Positions 7,954 to 18,020 of a DNA stretch of 64,000 nt are shown here, in pieces (position 1 is the first letter of the stretch; every line of letters starts with the position of its first letter). The translations under genes were made by a program, and so were the position numbers. The DNA is from an uncultured Prevotella sp. (GTDB taxonomy: Bacteria > Bacteroidota > Bacteroidia > Bacteroidales > Bacteroidaceae). Below the pieces are notes generated by a model. That model was not told the DNA's origin, did not search any database, and saw nothing but the letters and a program-made list of their open reading frames with translations. The stretch covers positions 995 through 64,994 of the forward strand of contig UQRP01000009.1 in assembly GCA_900543585.1 (NCBI GenBank), written 5' to 3'.

Positions 7954-9033
7954 ATGGACAAGAAAATATTATTGGGTCTCACCCTCGATGAACTGAAAGA
8001 TGTCGCCACCAGCTTGGGCATGCCAGCCTTTACCGGCTCTCAGATTGCCAAGTGGATGTATGAGCGGCATGTCAAGTCCATTGATGAGATGACTAACCTT
8101 TCCAAGGCCAATCGTCAGAAGTTAGCCGCGGAATATGAGATAGGCTGCCTGCCGCCCATTGACGAGCAGCGGTCGAAGGATGGAACTGTGAAATACCTCT
8201 TCCCCGTACGCACCACAAAGCCTATGGCTGGTGCGGCTGATAGCAGTGCACCGGCGCGCGCCAAGTTTGTCGAGACGGTCTACATTCCCGAGCAGGGTGG
8301 CCATGCCACACTCTGCGTCTCCTGCGAGGTGGGGTGCAAGATGAATTGCTTGTTCTGCCAAACGGGTAAGCAAGGCTTCGAGGGCTATCTCACTACGGCC
8401 GACATCCTCAATCAGATCTACAGTCTTCCAGAGGTTGACAGTCTGACGAATATCGTCTATATGGGACAAGGCGAGCCCATGGACAACCTCGACAACGTGC
8501 TGAAGTCGACACAGATTCTTACGGCACCCTACGGCTGGGCCTGGAGTCCGAAGCGCATCACCGTGAGCTCGGTCGGTATCAAGGACAAGCTGAAGCGGTT
8601 CCTTGAAGAGAGCGACTGCCAGGTGGCCATCAGCCTCCACTCCCCTATCCACGAACAGCGTGAGGAGCTCATGCCCGCGGAGAAAGGTATGGCTATCAAG
8701 GATGTCGTGGAGCTGCTGCGCAACTATGACTTTGCCCACCAGCGCCGTCTGACGTTCGAATACATCGTCTTTGGCGGTGTCAACGACGACATGCGCCACG
8801 CCCAGGCCATCTGCCATCTCCTCAAAGGTCTCGACTGCCATGTCAACCTCATCCGCTTCCACCAGATACCGAATGTGCCGCTCCATGGCGCCAGCCAGGA
8901 GACGATGGAGACGTTCCGCGACTATCTCACCGCTCACGGATTCTACTGCACGATACGGGCAAGCCGTGGCGAGGACATCTTCGCGGCTTGTGGACTGCTG
9001 AGCACGGCAAAGAAAAACAAAACCGAGAAATAA
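7954..9033 (+). CDS. rlmN: 23S rRNA m2A2503 / tRNA methyltransferase RlmN
   Basis: Radical SAM CxxxCxxC (CKMNCLFC), 'MGQGEP', 'ISLHS' and 'RGEDIFAACGLL'. Confidence 0.95.
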   Translation: MDKKILLGLTLDELKDVATSLGMPAFTGSQIAKWMYERHVKSIDEMTNLSKANRQKLAAEYEIGCLPPIDEQRSKDGTVKYLFPVRTTKPMAGAADSSAPARAKFVETVYIPEQGGHATLCVSCEVGCKMNCLFCQTGKQGFEGYLTTADILNQIYSLPEVDSLTNIVYMGQGEPMDNLDNVLKSTQILTAPYGWAWSPKRITVSSVGIKDKLKRFLEESDCQVAISLHSPIHEQREELMPAEKGMAIKDVVELLRNYDFAHQRRLTFEYIVFGGVNDDMRHAQAICHLLKGLDCHVNLIRFHQIPNVPLHGASQETMETFRDYLTAHGFYCTIRASRGEDIFAACGLLSTAKKNKTEK

Positions 9034-9049
9034 ACATAGGCCAAACAAT

Positions 9050-10165
9050 ATGAGCCGACTGTTCTATAACCATCACCGATGCCAAGTACTGACAGTGCTT
9101 CACTGTCTCTTCTTGATAGCCATCTGTGGCACGCTGCTATCTGCTTGCGACGACCGCCACAGTCTGCTGCCGCCCTCCGGCGGCAAGCTCTACGAGGTTC
9201 TCGTCGTCGGTGACAGTGATGGCATCGTGCAGGGCGTGTTGTGTCAGGATGCTCCGGGGCTGCCACAGAGCGAGCCGATGTTTGATGTGTCGACCATAGA
9301 CCGCGACCACTTCGGCGCTGGCGTAAGCGCGACACGCAACATCATCATGGTGGATGTCAACCCCGGCATCTATTCCTCGCCGAAGATAAAATACGAGAAG
9401 AATGTATGGGCAGAGCCTCAGACGGTGGTCCACATCCATACGCCATCCATGAAGATGCTCCGCGACAGCATCAGCCGCCTCTCTCCCACCCTGCTGCGCC
9501 TCCTCTCACGTGCAGAGCTGAAAAAGAATATCTCTCTGCTCCGCAATAAGCGGAATATCAAGATGGAACGCCTCGTGAAGAAGATGTTCGGCTTCGACCT
9601 CTGGATTCCGATGGAGATGACGTCGTATAAGAAAGGCAAGAACTTTCTCTGGATGAGCAACAACTCACCGACGACAATGAAGAATATCGTCATCTATAAA
9701 GCCAGCGGGAAAGGGCCTTCATCCGGCAGAATAGCCGCCGACATCTCCCAAGAGACGCAGCGGTTCATAGCAACACGCGACAGCATGCTCGGAGAGAATA
9801 TCAAAGGGGAGACCAATGCCATGTTCATGCGGACAGTGGCTAACACCGTCTCGTATGACATAGACTTCAGAAACAGCAACGACCGCAGACGATGGCTGAA
9901 AGACAAGCGCAACAAAACCCTTCCCATCATGCTCTACCGGGGGCTGTGGGAGATTGAGGGCGATGACATGGGCGGTCCCTTTGTCAGTCGCACGTTGGCT
10001 TTCGACGCCAACAACTCACCTCACTTCCACCATTCGGAGAGCATTGTCATCGAAGGTTTTGTCTTTGCTCCAGGGAAAAAAAAGCGCAATGCCGTAAAAG
10101 AGCTTGAGGCAGTCTTGTACACGGCTAAAAAGAATAGTAAACTAAATAAAAATACAACGAAATAA
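9050..10165 (+). CDS. DUF4837-like lipoprotein
   Basis: Lipobox LSAC; 'GLPQSEPMF' and 'RGLWE...MGGPFVS'; usual position after rlmN in Bacteroidales. Confidence 0.7.
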   Translation: MSRLFYNHHRCQVLTVLHCLFLIAICGTLLSACDDRHSLLPPSGGKLYEVLVVGDSDGIVQGVLCQDAPGLPQSEPMFDVSTIDRDHFGAGVSATRNIIMVDVNPGIYSSPKIKYEKNVWAEPQTVVHIHTPSMKMLRDSISRLSPTLLRLLSRAELKKNISLLRNKRNIKMERLVKKMFGFDLWIPMEMTSYKKGKNFLWMSNNSPTTMKNIVIYKASGKGPSSGRIAADISQETQRFIATRDSMLGENIKGETNAMFMRTVANTVSYDIDFRNSNDRRRWLKDKRNKTLPIMLYRGLWEIEGDDMGGPFVSRTLAFDANNSPHFHHSESIVIEGFVFAPGKKKRNAVKELEAVLYTAKKNSKLNKNTTK

Positions 10166-10166
10166 T

Positions 10167-11402
10167 ATGGACAGTAGAAAAATACGCGTGGCTATCACCC
10201 ACGGCGACACCAATGGCATAGGATACGAACTCATCTTCAAGGCTTTTGAGGATCCGATGATGCTCGACCTGTGTACACCTATTATATATGGCTCCCCCAA
10301 GGTTGCCGCCTACCACTGCGACGCCTTAGGTATTGACGGCAACGCTTTCAGCATCATCAACTCAGCCGCCGAAGCTCAGGACGGACGCATCAACCTGCTG
10401 CCGGTCTTCGACGAGGAGATAAAGATTGACCTCGGCATGCCTTCACAGGAAGCGAGCAGAGCAGCCATCAAAAGCATCGACAGAGCTATCACCGACTATA
10501 AGGACGGACTCTTCGATGTCCTCATCACCGGCCCTGTGGACAAGAACAATATGCATGTCGACGGCTTCGACTTCCCTTGTAATGAGAAGTTCATCGAGAG
10601 CTGCCTCGGCGACGGAAAGAAAGGTATCGACCTGCTTATCAACGGCATGCTGCGGCTGGCCTTCGTGACCGATGACATTGCCCTGAAAGATGTCCCCGCC
10701 GCTATCACCAAGGAGAATATCATCAGCAAGGTCGCCACTTTCTATACCACCCTGCGCCGCGACTTCAGCATCGAGAGCCCGCGCATCGCTGTCCTCGCCC
10801 TCAACCCCAACGATACCGACGCTCATCCCGGCAAGGAGGAGCAAGAAGCTATCGACCCCGCCATTCAGCAACTCTCCGAGGCTGGCGTCTGCGTCTTCGG
10901 ACCCTATCAGGCGGAGACTTTCTTCGGCAACGGCTATTTCACCGACTTCGACGGCGTTTTAGCCATGTATCACGACCAGGGTGTCGCACCCTTCAAAGCC
11001 CTCGATCCCGACTGCAACATCCACTACCTCGGTGGGCTGCCGCTGATAAGCACCTCCACGGACATGGGGCCACGCTATGATATCGCTGGACAGAACAAAG
11101 CCGACGCACAAGCCTTCAGATATGCTATCTATCAGGCTATTGACAGTTTCCGCACACGCAACAACTTCGACGAGCCCTACGCCAATCCTCTGCCCAAACT
11201 CTACCACGAGCGCAAGGATGAGAGCGAGAAGGTGAGATTCTCTATCCCGAAGAAGCATGAGAATGCTATCAAAGAGCACCGTAAGCCAGCTGCTGAGAAG
11301 AATAACAAGGCTGAGAAGAATGCGCAGGAGAACAAGCCTGCTCAGAATACGACGCCTGTGGAGGCTGATCCTACCGACAACAACCCTAACGCAGAACAGT
11401 AA
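10167..11402 (+). CDS. pdxA: PdxA-family protein with degenerate metal site
   Basis: 'AITHGDTNGIGYE' and 'AMYHDQG..PFK'; other catalytic motifs are altered (see findings). Confidence 0.8.
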   Translation: MDSRKIRVAITHGDTNGIGYELIFKAFEDPMMLDLCTPIIYGSPKVAAYHCDALGIDGNAFSIINSAAEAQDGRINLLPVFDEEIKIDLGMPSQEASRAAIKSIDRAITDYKDGLFDVLITGPVDKNNMHVDGFDFPCNEKFIESCLGDGKKGIDLLINGMLRLAFVTDDIALKDVPAAITKENIISKVATFYTTLRRDFSIESPRIAVLALNPNDTDAHPGKEEQEAIDPAIQQLSEAGVCVFGPYQAETFFGNGYFTDFDGVLAMYHDQGVAPFKALDPDCNIHYLGGLPLISTSTDMGPRYDIAGQNKADAQAFRYAIYQAIDSFRTRNNFDEPYANPLPKLYHERKDESEKVRFSIPKKHENAIKEHRKPAAEKNNKAEKNAQENKPAQNTTPVEADPTDNNPNAEQ

Positions 11403-12433
11403 TGAGTAAGAAATACCAAAATGCCTTCTTCATCTTCGGTCTTGTAGTGCTCGGCATCATGCTGACGCAACTCAACTTCACCGAAGTATGGCAGGGGCTC
11501 AAGCATGCAGGATACTGGTTCTTTGCCGTAGTCATCCTGTGGGCCTTCCTATACATCTTCAACACCACCTCGTGGTACCTTATTATAAAAGGTGTATGCT
11601 CACAGTCTGCTGACGACGAGAACCAGCTCAAGGTGAATGCCAAACACCCCGTCTCCCTGCTATGGCTTTATAAGGTCACCGTCTCCGGCTTCGCCCTCAA
11701 CTACGCCACCCCTGGCGGTCTGATGGGTGGCGAGCCCTACCGCATCATGGAGCTGGCACCGAAGATAGGCACCGAGCGGGCCTCGTCATCGGTCATTCTC
11801 TATGCCATGACCCATATTTTCAGCCACTTCTGGTTCTGGCTGCTGAGCGCCATCATCTTTGTTCTCACACAGCATGTCACCTTCGCGCTCGGCATCATGC
11901 TCGTAGCCATCGGCATCTTCTGCTCCTTAGGCATCTGGTTCTTCATGTCCGGATACCGGAAAGGACTCGCCAACCGCATCATGAACCTCTTCCGACACAC
12001 CCCCCTCGTGAAGAAATGGGCGCAGCCTTTCGTGGAGAGACATCGTGAACAGCTCGATACCATCGACAAGCAGATAGCCGCTTTGCATAAGCAGAATCCG
12101 CACAACTTCATCGGGGCAGTGCTCTGCGAACTGGCTTGCCGCTTCGCTTCTGCCACGGAGATACTCTTCATTCTCCTCGTGCTCATGCCGCATGTCAACT
12201 ACATCAACTGCATCCTCATCTTAGCTTTCACGAGTCTCTTCGCCAATCTACTCTTTTTCATCCCCTTGCAGCTTGGTGGCCGTGAGGGCGGCTTCCTAAT
12301 GTCGACGACAGCATTAGGTATCAGCGCCTCAGCAGGTATCTTTGTAGCCCTCATCGTACGACTCCGAGAGTTGCTGTGGACGGGAATAGGCCTCCTGCTC
12401 ATAAAAATAGAGCGGAAGAAGGGACAAAAGTAA
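11402..12433 (+). CDS. Lysylphosphatidylglycerol synthase TM / UPF0104 flippase-like protein
   Basis: Multi-TM protein with 'NYATPGGLMGGEPYR' and 'PLQLGGREGG'. Confidence 0.8.
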   Translation: MSKKYQNAFFIFGLVVLGIMLTQLNFTEVWQGLKHAGYWFFAVVILWAFLYIFNTTSWYLIIKGVCSQSADDENQLKVNAKHPVSLLWLYKVTVSGFALNYATPGGLMGGEPYRIMELAPKIGTERASSSVILYAMTHIFSHFWFWLLSAIIFVLTQHVTFALGIMLVAIGIFCSLGIWFFMSGYRKGLANRIMNLFRHTPLVKKWAQPFVERHREQLDTIDKQIAALHKQNPHNFIGAVLCELACRFASATEILFILLVLMPHVNYINCILILAFTSLFANLLFFIPLQLGGREGGFLMSTTALGISASAGIFVALIVRLRELLWTGIGLLLIKIERKKGQK

Positions 12434-12489
12434 AAATATTCTGCCAAAATTGCAGCTATAGCGAAAATAATATGTAATTTTGTCAGCCC

Positions 12490-13743
12490 ATGAATACTAC
12501 AGAACTGCAAAAGATAAAGCAACGCTATAATATAGTAGGCAATAGCGAAGGATTAAACCATGCCCTCGACATTGCCCTACAGGTGGCTTCCACCGACCTG
12601 AGTGTCCTCATCGTCGGTGAGAGCGGTGTGGGTAAGGAGATCATCCCACGCGTCATCCACGACAACTCCCCGCGCCGACGCGAGCGATATTTCGCCATCA
12701 ACTGCGGCTCCATCCCTGAGGGTACCATCGACAGCGAGCTCTTCGGCCATGAGAAAGGTGCCTACACCGGTGCCGTGGGCGAAGCTGACGGATATTTCGG
12801 CGTGGCCAACAAAGGTACCATCTTCTTAGATGAGGTTGGCGAGCTGCCTATGGCAACACAGGCAAGGCTGCTGCGCGTCTTAGAGACAGGAGAATATATC
12901 CGTGTGGGTGGACAGGAAATTAGAAAGACGGACGTGCGTATCGTTGCCGCCACCAATGTCAACATGCGGAAGGCTATCTCGGAAGGACGCTTCCGTGAGG
13001 ATCTCTACTACAGACTCAACACCATCCCTATTCAGATGCCGCCATTGTGTGACAGAGGCGAGGACATCATTCTGCTGTTCAGACTCTTCGCCATGCAGAT
13101 GGCAGAGAAATACCGGCTGCCGAAGATTACCCTCACCGACGATGCCAAACAGCTTATGCTGCACTATAAATGGCCGGGAAACGTCAGACAGCTGAAGAAT
13201 ATCACCGAGCAGATGTCTGTGCTCTCAGAGAAGCGGGAGATAGATGCCGAGACCTTGAAGAAGTTCATCCCCGACGACCCTGACTCCATGCAGCTCGCTA
13301 CCATCAACAACGGCAGCGGCAAGCACTCTTATGAGAGTGAGCGAGACATCCTCTATAAGATTCTCTATGAGCTGCGCGGGAATATCGCCGATTTACGCAG
13401 AGATATGGTCAACTTGCGCAAGCAGATGGACGAAGACCGGGAGATACGGCAAGCCACATCTTTTAATAAGGGATTCATAGAGAGCAATACGCCACAGATG
13501 CCGACCGTGATAGGTCGTGAGGGCACCCAGCCCTTCGAGCAGACAGCGCAGGATGCCGATGCCGAGGAGATCAAGGCCGATGAAGAGCCCGAGAGCCTCA
13601 ACCTCAACGACTTAGGCAGACAGATGGTGGAGAAAGCGCTGGAGAAGAACGACGGCAACAGAAAGAAAGCCGCACAAGAGTTAGGCATCTCCGACAGAAC
13701 CCTTTACAGAAGAATCAAACAATATGGTCTCGATAAAAAATAA
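12490..13743 (+). CDS. Sigma-54-interacting Fis-family transcriptional regulator (no receiver domain)
   Basis: 'GESGVGKE', 'SELFGHEKGAYTGA', 'FLDEVGE', 'WPGNVRQL' and a C-terminal HTH. Confidence 0.9.
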   Translation: MNTTELQKIKQRYNIVGNSEGLNHALDIALQVASTDLSVLIVGESGVGKEIIPRVIHDNSPRRRERYFAINCGSIPEGTIDSELFGHEKGAYTGAVGEADGYFGVANKGTIFLDEVGELPMATQARLLRVLETGEYIRVGGQEIRKTDVRIVAATNVNMRKAISEGRFREDLYYRLNTIPIQMPPLCDRGEDIILLFRLFAMQMAEKYRLPKITLTDDAKQLMLHYKWPGNVRQLKNITEQMSVLSEKREIDAETLKKFIPDDPDSMQLATINNGSGKHSYESERDILYKILYELRGNIADLRRDMVNLRKQMDEDREIRQATSFNKGFIESNTPQMPTVIGREGTQPFEQTAQDADAEEIKADEEPESLNLNDLGRQMVEKALEKNDGNRKKAAQELGISDRTLYRRIKQYGLDKK

Positions 13744-14263
13744 ATTATCATTGACACACAGACTCGCCATTTTCATCGCTACCCTTGTGGTGGCGATGAT
13801 GACGTCGTGTGCAGTCAAATATGGCTTCAATGGAGCCAGCATCGACTATACGAAGACGAAGACCATACAGATAACTGACTTCCCTATCCGCTCCAGCTAT
13901 GTCTGGGGACCGATGGGGCCAATGTTCAACAATGAGCTGAAGGATGTCTTTGCCAACCATACGCACCTGCAACAGGTCAAGAGGAATGGCGACCTCGTGA
14001 TTCAAGGAGAGATAACGCAATACAACCAGCGCAACAAGTCGGTATCAAGCAATGGTACGTCCACACAGACAGAGCTCTCGATGACGGTCAACGTGAGATT
14101 TACGAACACCAAGAATCATAAGGAAGATTTCGAGAAGCAGTTTACGGCCACGCAAACCTACGAGACAACACAGAATCTGTCGTCCGTTCAGGAAGAACTC
14201 GTACAGCTGATGTGCAAGGATCTCACAGACCAGATCTTTAACGCTACAGTGGCTAACTGGTAG
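13724..14263 (+). CDS. lptE: LPS assembly lipoprotein LptE family
   Basis: Lipobox (TSC), 'YGFNGASIDY' and C-terminal 'QIFNATVANW'; conserved synteny. Confidence 0.75.
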   Translation: MVSIKNKLSLTHRLAIFIATLVVAMMTSCAVKYGFNGASIDYTKTKTIQITDFPIRSSYVWGPMGPMFNNELKDVFANHTHLQQVKRNGDLVIQGEITQYNQRNKSVSSNGTSTQTELSMTVNVRFTNTKNHKEDFEKQFTATQTYETTQNLSSVQEELVQLMCKDLTDQIFNATVANW

Positions 14264-14317
14264 GTGTTTAGGTGATAGGTGTTAGGTGATAGATATTAGT
14301 TGATAAAAAAGAGAAAT

Positions 14318-15109
14318 ATGGATTTGGCAAATTTAATCAGACACCCTGAAAGACTTGACCACGAAACGCTCTACGAGCTTCGCGGTCTGGTGGCTTTGTA
14401 TCCGTATTTCCAGACGGCGAGGTTATTGCTCCTCCAAAATCTCTATCTTCTCCACGACCCTTCCTTCAACGACGAGCTGCGCAATGCAGCGCTATACATC
14501 ACAGACCGGCGCGTCATCTTCAACCTCGTCGAGGCCGGACACTATAAGCTCAAAGAGGAGAGACGCAACAGAGAGACATTCACCGACACCAAACCGAAGG
14601 CATCAGCCAACAAGCCGCAAGGTGAAGACCGCACCCTCTCGCTCATCGACAACTTTCTGGACTCGCTGCCGGAAGACGAGAAAGAGGAAACAGAGAAAAA
14701 GAAGAAGCGCAAGCCCACTGCGGCTGATGCGGCCGTCGACTACGTCTCCTATCTTCTCGCCACAGAGAGCGAGGAGGAGAAGGAGGAAGAAGAGAGGAAT
14801 GCACCGCAGATGAAAGGACAGGAGTTGATAGATAATTTTATCAACAACGAGGGCGGTAAAATAAAACTCAAAGACGAACCGGAGTTCACACCCGATATCG
14901 AGGAAGAGTCTAATGGCGAGGATAAAGCGGACAAAGATGGGTATTTCACCCAGACTTTAGCCAAAATATACATCCGACAAGGCCGTTATGATAAGGCTTT
15001 GGAAATTATTAGGCGATTAAATTTGAATTATCCGAAAAAAAATAGTTACTTTGCAGACCAAATCCGTTTCTTAGAGAAACTGATACTGAACAGTAAAAAT
15101 AACAAATAA
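14318..15109 (+). CDS. TPR-containing hypothetical protein
   Basis: 'YPYFQTARLL' at the N-terminus and 'TQTLAKIYIRQGRYDKA...YPKKNSYFADQI' at the C-terminus. Confidence 0.75.
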   Translation: MDLANLIRHPERLDHETLYELRGLVALYPYFQTARLLLLQNLYLLHDPSFNDELRNAALYITDRRVIFNLVEAGHYKLKEERRNRETFTDTKPKASANKPQGEDRTLSLIDNFLDSLPEDEKEETEKKKKRKPTAADAAVDYVSYLLATESEEEKEEEERNAPQMKGQELIDNFINNEGGKIKLKDEPEFTPDIEEESNGEDKADKDGYFTQTLAKIYIRQGRYDKALEIIRRLNLNYPKKNSYFADQIRFLEKLILNSKNNK

Positions 15110-15125
15110 AAAATAGTAAAGAAAA

Positions 15126-15536
15126 ATGTACACACTTTTCATTGTACTGATTTGCCTGGCATCACTGCTGATGATCTTCATCGTCCTCATCCAGGAATCA
15201 AAAGGTGGTGGCCTTGCAAGCAATTTCTCTTCCACCAATGCCATCATGGGCGTGCGTAAGACGACAGACTTCATTGAGAAAGCTACATGGGGCCTTGCCG
15301 CTGCCATGGTTGTCTTCAGCGTTATCTGTGCTTACACAGCTCCCCAGGCTGTCACCGACGAGAGCGTTCTCGAAAAGACTGCCACAGAGACACAGACCAC
15401 CAACCCTACCAATACACAGGGCTTCGGTGCTGGTCAGCCTGCTCAGCAGGGTGCACAAGGTGCTCAGGGCGCTGCTAAAGCTCCGGCTCAGGGCGCTCAG
15501 AAGGCTCCTTTAGCACCGGTTCAGCCTGCAAAATAA
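15126..15536 (+). CDS. secG: Preprotein translocase subunit SecG
   Basis: 'VLIQESKGGGLA...TTDFIEKATW', two TM helices. Confidence 0.9.
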   Translation: MYTLFIVLICLASLLMIFIVLIQESKGGGLASNFSSTNAIMGVRKTTDFIEKATWGLAAAMVVFSVICAYTAPQAVTDESVLEKTATETQTTNPTNTQGFGAGQPAQQGAQGAQGAAKAPAQGAQKAPLAPVQPAK

Positions 15537-15629
15537 AGAAATTTTGAAAAAAGTTCCGAATTTGTTTTGCGGTTTAAAATAAAAGCCGTACCTTTGCACT
15601 CGCTTTTAAGACATAAAGCAAAACAACAC

Positions 15630-15704
15630 GGTGGGTGTAGTTCAGTTGGTTAGAGCGTCAGATTGTGGTTCTGAATGTCGTGGGTTCGAGTCCCTCCTCC
15701 CACC
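15630..15704 (+). tRNA. tRNA-His (GUG)
   Basis: G-1, D arm with AGTTGGTTAGAGC, anticodon arm tcaga-ttGTGgt-tctga, TTCGA T loop; CCA not encoded. Confidence 0.95.
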
Positions 15705-15710
15705 CCTCCG

Positions 15711-15746
15711 AAAAATCCCTGTAGTCTTTCGACTACAGGGATTTTT
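15711..15746. terminator. Bidirectional intrinsic terminator
   Basis: aaaaatccctgtagtc-tttc-gactacagggattttt. Confidence 0.85.
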
Positions 15747-15768
15747 GTTTTTGTCATTTTCTTATCGT

Positions 15769-16242
15769 TCAGAACCGTTTCAGATACAGGCGCCGGTCAC
15801 TGCCCGTCAGCGTCAGCTTACTGCCATGGATGGTGTAGGAATACGTCTTGTTCAGTTGGTCCATACCAAAGGGTGCCAGGAGACTAACATCAGTAGAGAG
15901 AGAGTCAGTATCGTAGGAAGGGATATAGACATTGCCGATGGTCAGATTGCCATCATTAGCAGTAAAGCGGCACAGCACCGTACTAATTTCGTCCGACTTA
16001 TCGCTCAACTCCAGCAGCTTCTGCTGAAAAGACCAGAAGATGAGCTGATTGCTGAGATCCGACACTGAGCTCACCGTAGTAGCGCCCGCAGCATCGGTGG
16101 AGAGATATTCGATACGCTCCAAATGCCAGAAGCCCTCAAGATCTCCGTCGCCACTGACATTGTCTGTATTGAAAGAGCAAGCGGCAAGGAAAGAAATAGA
16201 TAGGATGGAAAAGAGGAAAAGAAATATATTGCGTCTCATCAT
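15769..16242 (-). CDS. Lipocalin-like lipoprotein
   Basis: Lipobox LAAC, 'LEGFWHL' and C-terminal 'LTL...LYLKRF'. Confidence 0.7.
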   Translation of the reverse strand: MMRRNIFLFLFSILSISFLAACSFNTDNVSGDGDLEGFWHLERIEYLSTDAAGATTVSSVSDLSNQLIFWSFQQKLLELSDKSDEISTVLCRFTANDGNLTIGNVYIPSYDTDSLSTDVSLLAPFGMDQLNKTYSYTIHGSKLTLTGSDRRLYLKRF

Positions 16243-16245
16243 TGT

Positions 16246-17841
16246 CTAAAACTTTAGCAGCCCCGTCTTCGAGACTGTGAATTGAAAACCATAGTTGTTA
16301 CCATTGAGGATGCTACCGAAGTCGGCACCAAATCCAGCCTTGACATCCAAGCCGTTCAAGAACTTATGGCGCAGGCTATGGAAAGAATAGGTAGTCTCAG
16401 CGAGGATGCTGACATTATGCCGTTCTTTCGTAAAAGGCAGCGTATAGGTTCCCCACCCTTTCTGATAGGTAGCGAGCACACGATAGCGGAAGCTGTCGTT
16501 GGGGTGCCCGCCAAGACCGAGGTGGAAGGCGATGAAGCGGTTGCCCTCAATGTCGAGCGACCCATCTGTGTTGAATATCGGCGAGCGGTACAGCGGATTA
16601 CCCATCACCTGCCCCCAATGCTGGTAGCCGGCATAGAATCCATGGTTGTAGAAGTTGTCGCGACCACCGATATGGTCTGGGATGGCTGAGGTATGGTCGT
16701 GGTAGATAGGTCCACTCTGGTACTTGGTATACAGATATTCAAAGACGATATCGTTGAGCCAGGCGTCAGGCTTGTGGTTGTATTCCACACCCAGCATCCA
16801 GTCTTTGAGATCATAGATGGTATAGCGGTGCTTCCTCTTCACCTGCCATTCATCACCCTCACCATAGCCGTTATAGTCAACGAGAAACATAGCGGAATGG
16901 TCTTCAAAGAATTTGTCAGCATAGACAGCGAACCGGTTGCTCTCCCCGTCATAGCTCAGGCGAGCCACCCAGGAGCCTAACATATCGCCCTCTACATTCT
17001 TATAGACAACCTCCCCGGGATCGCTGCCGCCACCGAAGACGGCATGCCAATAATCTTTAATCCCCGTGCCACCTTTCATCTCTATCATATTTCCAGCCCC
17101 ATCAGGGTAATAGAGTTTACCCCCGAAGAGGCTCACCATCTCCAAGCCCATCTCAAAAGCCCATGGACAGAAGGCGTCCTCATTGCCTATCTTCAGATAG
17201 CCGGCTTTGGAATGGTATAGCACATCATCGGTGTATTTATGCGCATGCGCCGTGAAGTTGCCTTCCCATCCGCCATCGGTGAGCATACCGAAAGCGAGAT
17301 GCCCTTTCAGATGCAGCCAGCCGCGCGTCAGCGGCACCGTCCAATAGTCGGGCAACGCCAAACGAATCTGCGGCACTGGACGCGCATTGATACCGAGCGT
17401 CTGCGACCCGCTGCTGAGCAGTTGATTTTTCAGCTGCATCGGCTCTTCCTTAGCACCTATCGTCAGTGTGCCATGAAGCCAACGGCCCTCCACATAAGCT
17501 TGTTGCAGCACCACGTCGCTGGTATAGTTGACGGGGATGGCCACATCGACGCCATAGCCTAAGCCCAGCCGACGGTCTGCATCGGCCGACAACGGGCGGA
17601 AGATACTGCCTCGCACATAGCCATTGGTCTCGTCGAGTGAACTGAGACCGTAGTGGTTGGCATTGAGCCACAAAGGTGTTTTTCCATCCGAGAAGCTTCC
17701 CTGCATCTCTACCCTATAGGTCAGACTGTCGACAGGGCTCCACCGGTGCCTGCTGCTTCCGTCCGTACTATTTCCGCCAAAGGCAAAGAGTTGGGAAAGG
17801 AGAAGAAACAAGCCAAGAGTTAAAGTCTGTAGTTTCATCAA
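16246..17841 (-). CDS. Capsule-assembly Wzi-family outer membrane protein
   Basis: Signal peptide; 'TPLWLNAN.YGLSS', 'NARPVPQIR' and 'GGRDNFYNH'. Confidence 0.7.
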   Translation of the reverse strand: MMKLQTLTLGLFLLLSQLFAFGGNSTDGSSRHRWSPVDSLTYRVEMQGSFSDGKTPLWLNANHYGLSSLDETNGYVRGSIFRPLSADADRRLGLGYGVDVAIPVNYTSDVVLQQAYVEGRWLHGTLTIGAKEEPMQLKNQLLSSGSQTLGINARPVPQIRLALPDYWTVPLTRGWLHLKGHLAFGMLTDGGWEGNFTAHAHKYTDDVLYHSKAGYLKIGNEDAFCPWAFEMGLEMVSLFGGKLYYPDGAGNMIEMKGGTGIKDYWHAVFGGGSDPGEVVYKNVEGDMLGSWVARLSYDGESNRFAVYADKFFEDHSAMFLVDYNGYGEGDEWQVKRKHRYTIYDLKDWMLGVEYNHKPDAWLNDIVFEYLYTKYQSGPIYHDHTSAIPDHIGGRDNFYNHGFYAGYQHWGQVMGNPLYRSPIFNTDGSLDIEGNRFIAFHLGLGGHPNDSFRYRVLATYQKGWGTYTLPFTKERHNVSILAETTYSFHSLRHKFLNGLDVKAGFGADFGSILNGNNYGFQFTVSKTGLLKF

Positions 17842-18020
17842 TTTTTACGTTATCCGTTTTGAAGCTACAAACTTACAAAAATAATTCGATTTACTACGCT
17901 TCTTGCACACATTTCCCAAATAAAAGCTCCGGAAATGGTGATTGTTTGCCAAATTTACAAGCGCAGAGTAAGCCTTTGACACGCTCTTAGCAAGCAAAGG
18001 ATACGCCCTCGACTATCTCA

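Noticed and set aside
8122..9048. Long antisense ORFs opposite real genes (also 6617-7483, 24331-25152, 39939-40727, 51866-52831 and others)
   Set aside because: These are shadow ORFs expected from C-ending codon bias; the opposite strand encodes recognisable proteins.
12490..13743. GAYTGA instead of GAFTGA as a sign of a non-functional sigma-54 activator
   Set aside because: F-to-Y is a known natural variant, and the other AAA+ motifs are intact.
15630..15770. tRNA-His as an island integration site
   Set aside because: No integrase follows, and I found no duplicated tRNA 3' end in the window by eye.
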